In this document: positions 1-64,000 of the stretch, piece after piece | Layout of the letters: each line of letters starts with the position of its first letter | Numbering within the stretch: the first letter of the stretch is position 1 | Origin: Priapulus caudatus | Lineage: Eukaryota | Length of the DNA stretch: 64,000 bases | Assembly (NCBI RefSeq): GCF_000485595.1 | Contig: NW_014577061.1 | Span: 1,471,788-1,535,787, forward strand | Direction: 5' to 3' | Notes under the pieces: generated by a model | Database searches by the model: none | Told to the model about the DNA's origin: nothing | The model's input: only the letters and a program-made list of their open reading frames with translations | Position numbers and translations under genes: made by a program

Positions 1-254
1 CTATACTATGCTATGCTATGCTATGTTATGCTGTACTATGCTCTATACTATACTGTGCTGTACTGTGCTGTGTTATGCTCTGCTTTGCTATGTTCTGCTA
101 TTTTATTCTACGCTATGCTATGTTATGCTACGCTATGCTATGCTCTGCAATTATATTCTATGCTATGCTATGCTATGATATGCTATGCTATGCTATGCTA
201 TACTATGCTATGTTATGCTATACTATGCTATGCTATACAATGCTATGCTATGCT
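1..254. repeat. (ATGCT)n pentanucleotide microsatellite
   Basis: Direct reading. Confidence 0.9.
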
Positions 255-268
255 GGAAAACAACGTAC

Positions 269-63828
<63,560 letters not shown>

Positions 63829-64000
63829 CTGAAAGCGGAAATCGACGGGGAAGTGTCACTAGAGGGCGCTTGTAGAACTGTGCACCGAGCATGGCCGTAA
63901 ACTAATCTTATAGGCTTATACAGAAAATTTTGTTTTGAAATCCATGGAATAAGTCCAAAAGAGAGAAAAAAATAGAAAAAATAGAGCCGTGTAGCGCGGC

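Overview
Animal (invertebrate-type) genomic DNA from a draft assembly. The whole 64 kb is the interior of one giant minus-strand titin-family muscle gene whose sequence resembles twitchin/projectin. By reading splice sites by hand I find 90 exons (about 5,900 aa) encoding 44 fibronectin type-III (Fn) and 18 Ig I-set domains. There is no start, stop, PEVK or kinase in the window. Every domain-boundary intron is phase 1. The main result is the architecture. Instead of the simple Fn-Fn-Ig core of twitchin/projectin, the domains form a higher-order 10-domain super-repeat, Ig-Fn-Fn-Ig-Fn-Fn-Ig-Fn-Fn-Fn (labelled A-a1-a2-B-b1-b2-C-c1-c2-c3; R1-R4 complete, R0 and R5 partial). This is followed by two copies of a 7-domain super-repeat, Ig-Fn-Fn-Ig-Fn-Fn-Fn (C-c1-c2-D-d1-d2-d3). 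The pattern only closes after correcting apparent assembly errors, which the sequence itself shows: two displaced blocks (12810-17360 and 29290-31205), indel-riddled duplicate copies that look like raw long-read gap fill, a 155-bp inverted exon, an inverted haplotype fragment and one missing exon. Introns contain microsatellites, a Helentron/DINE-1-like element and small TIR hairpin elements. Species cannot be determined from the sequence alone.
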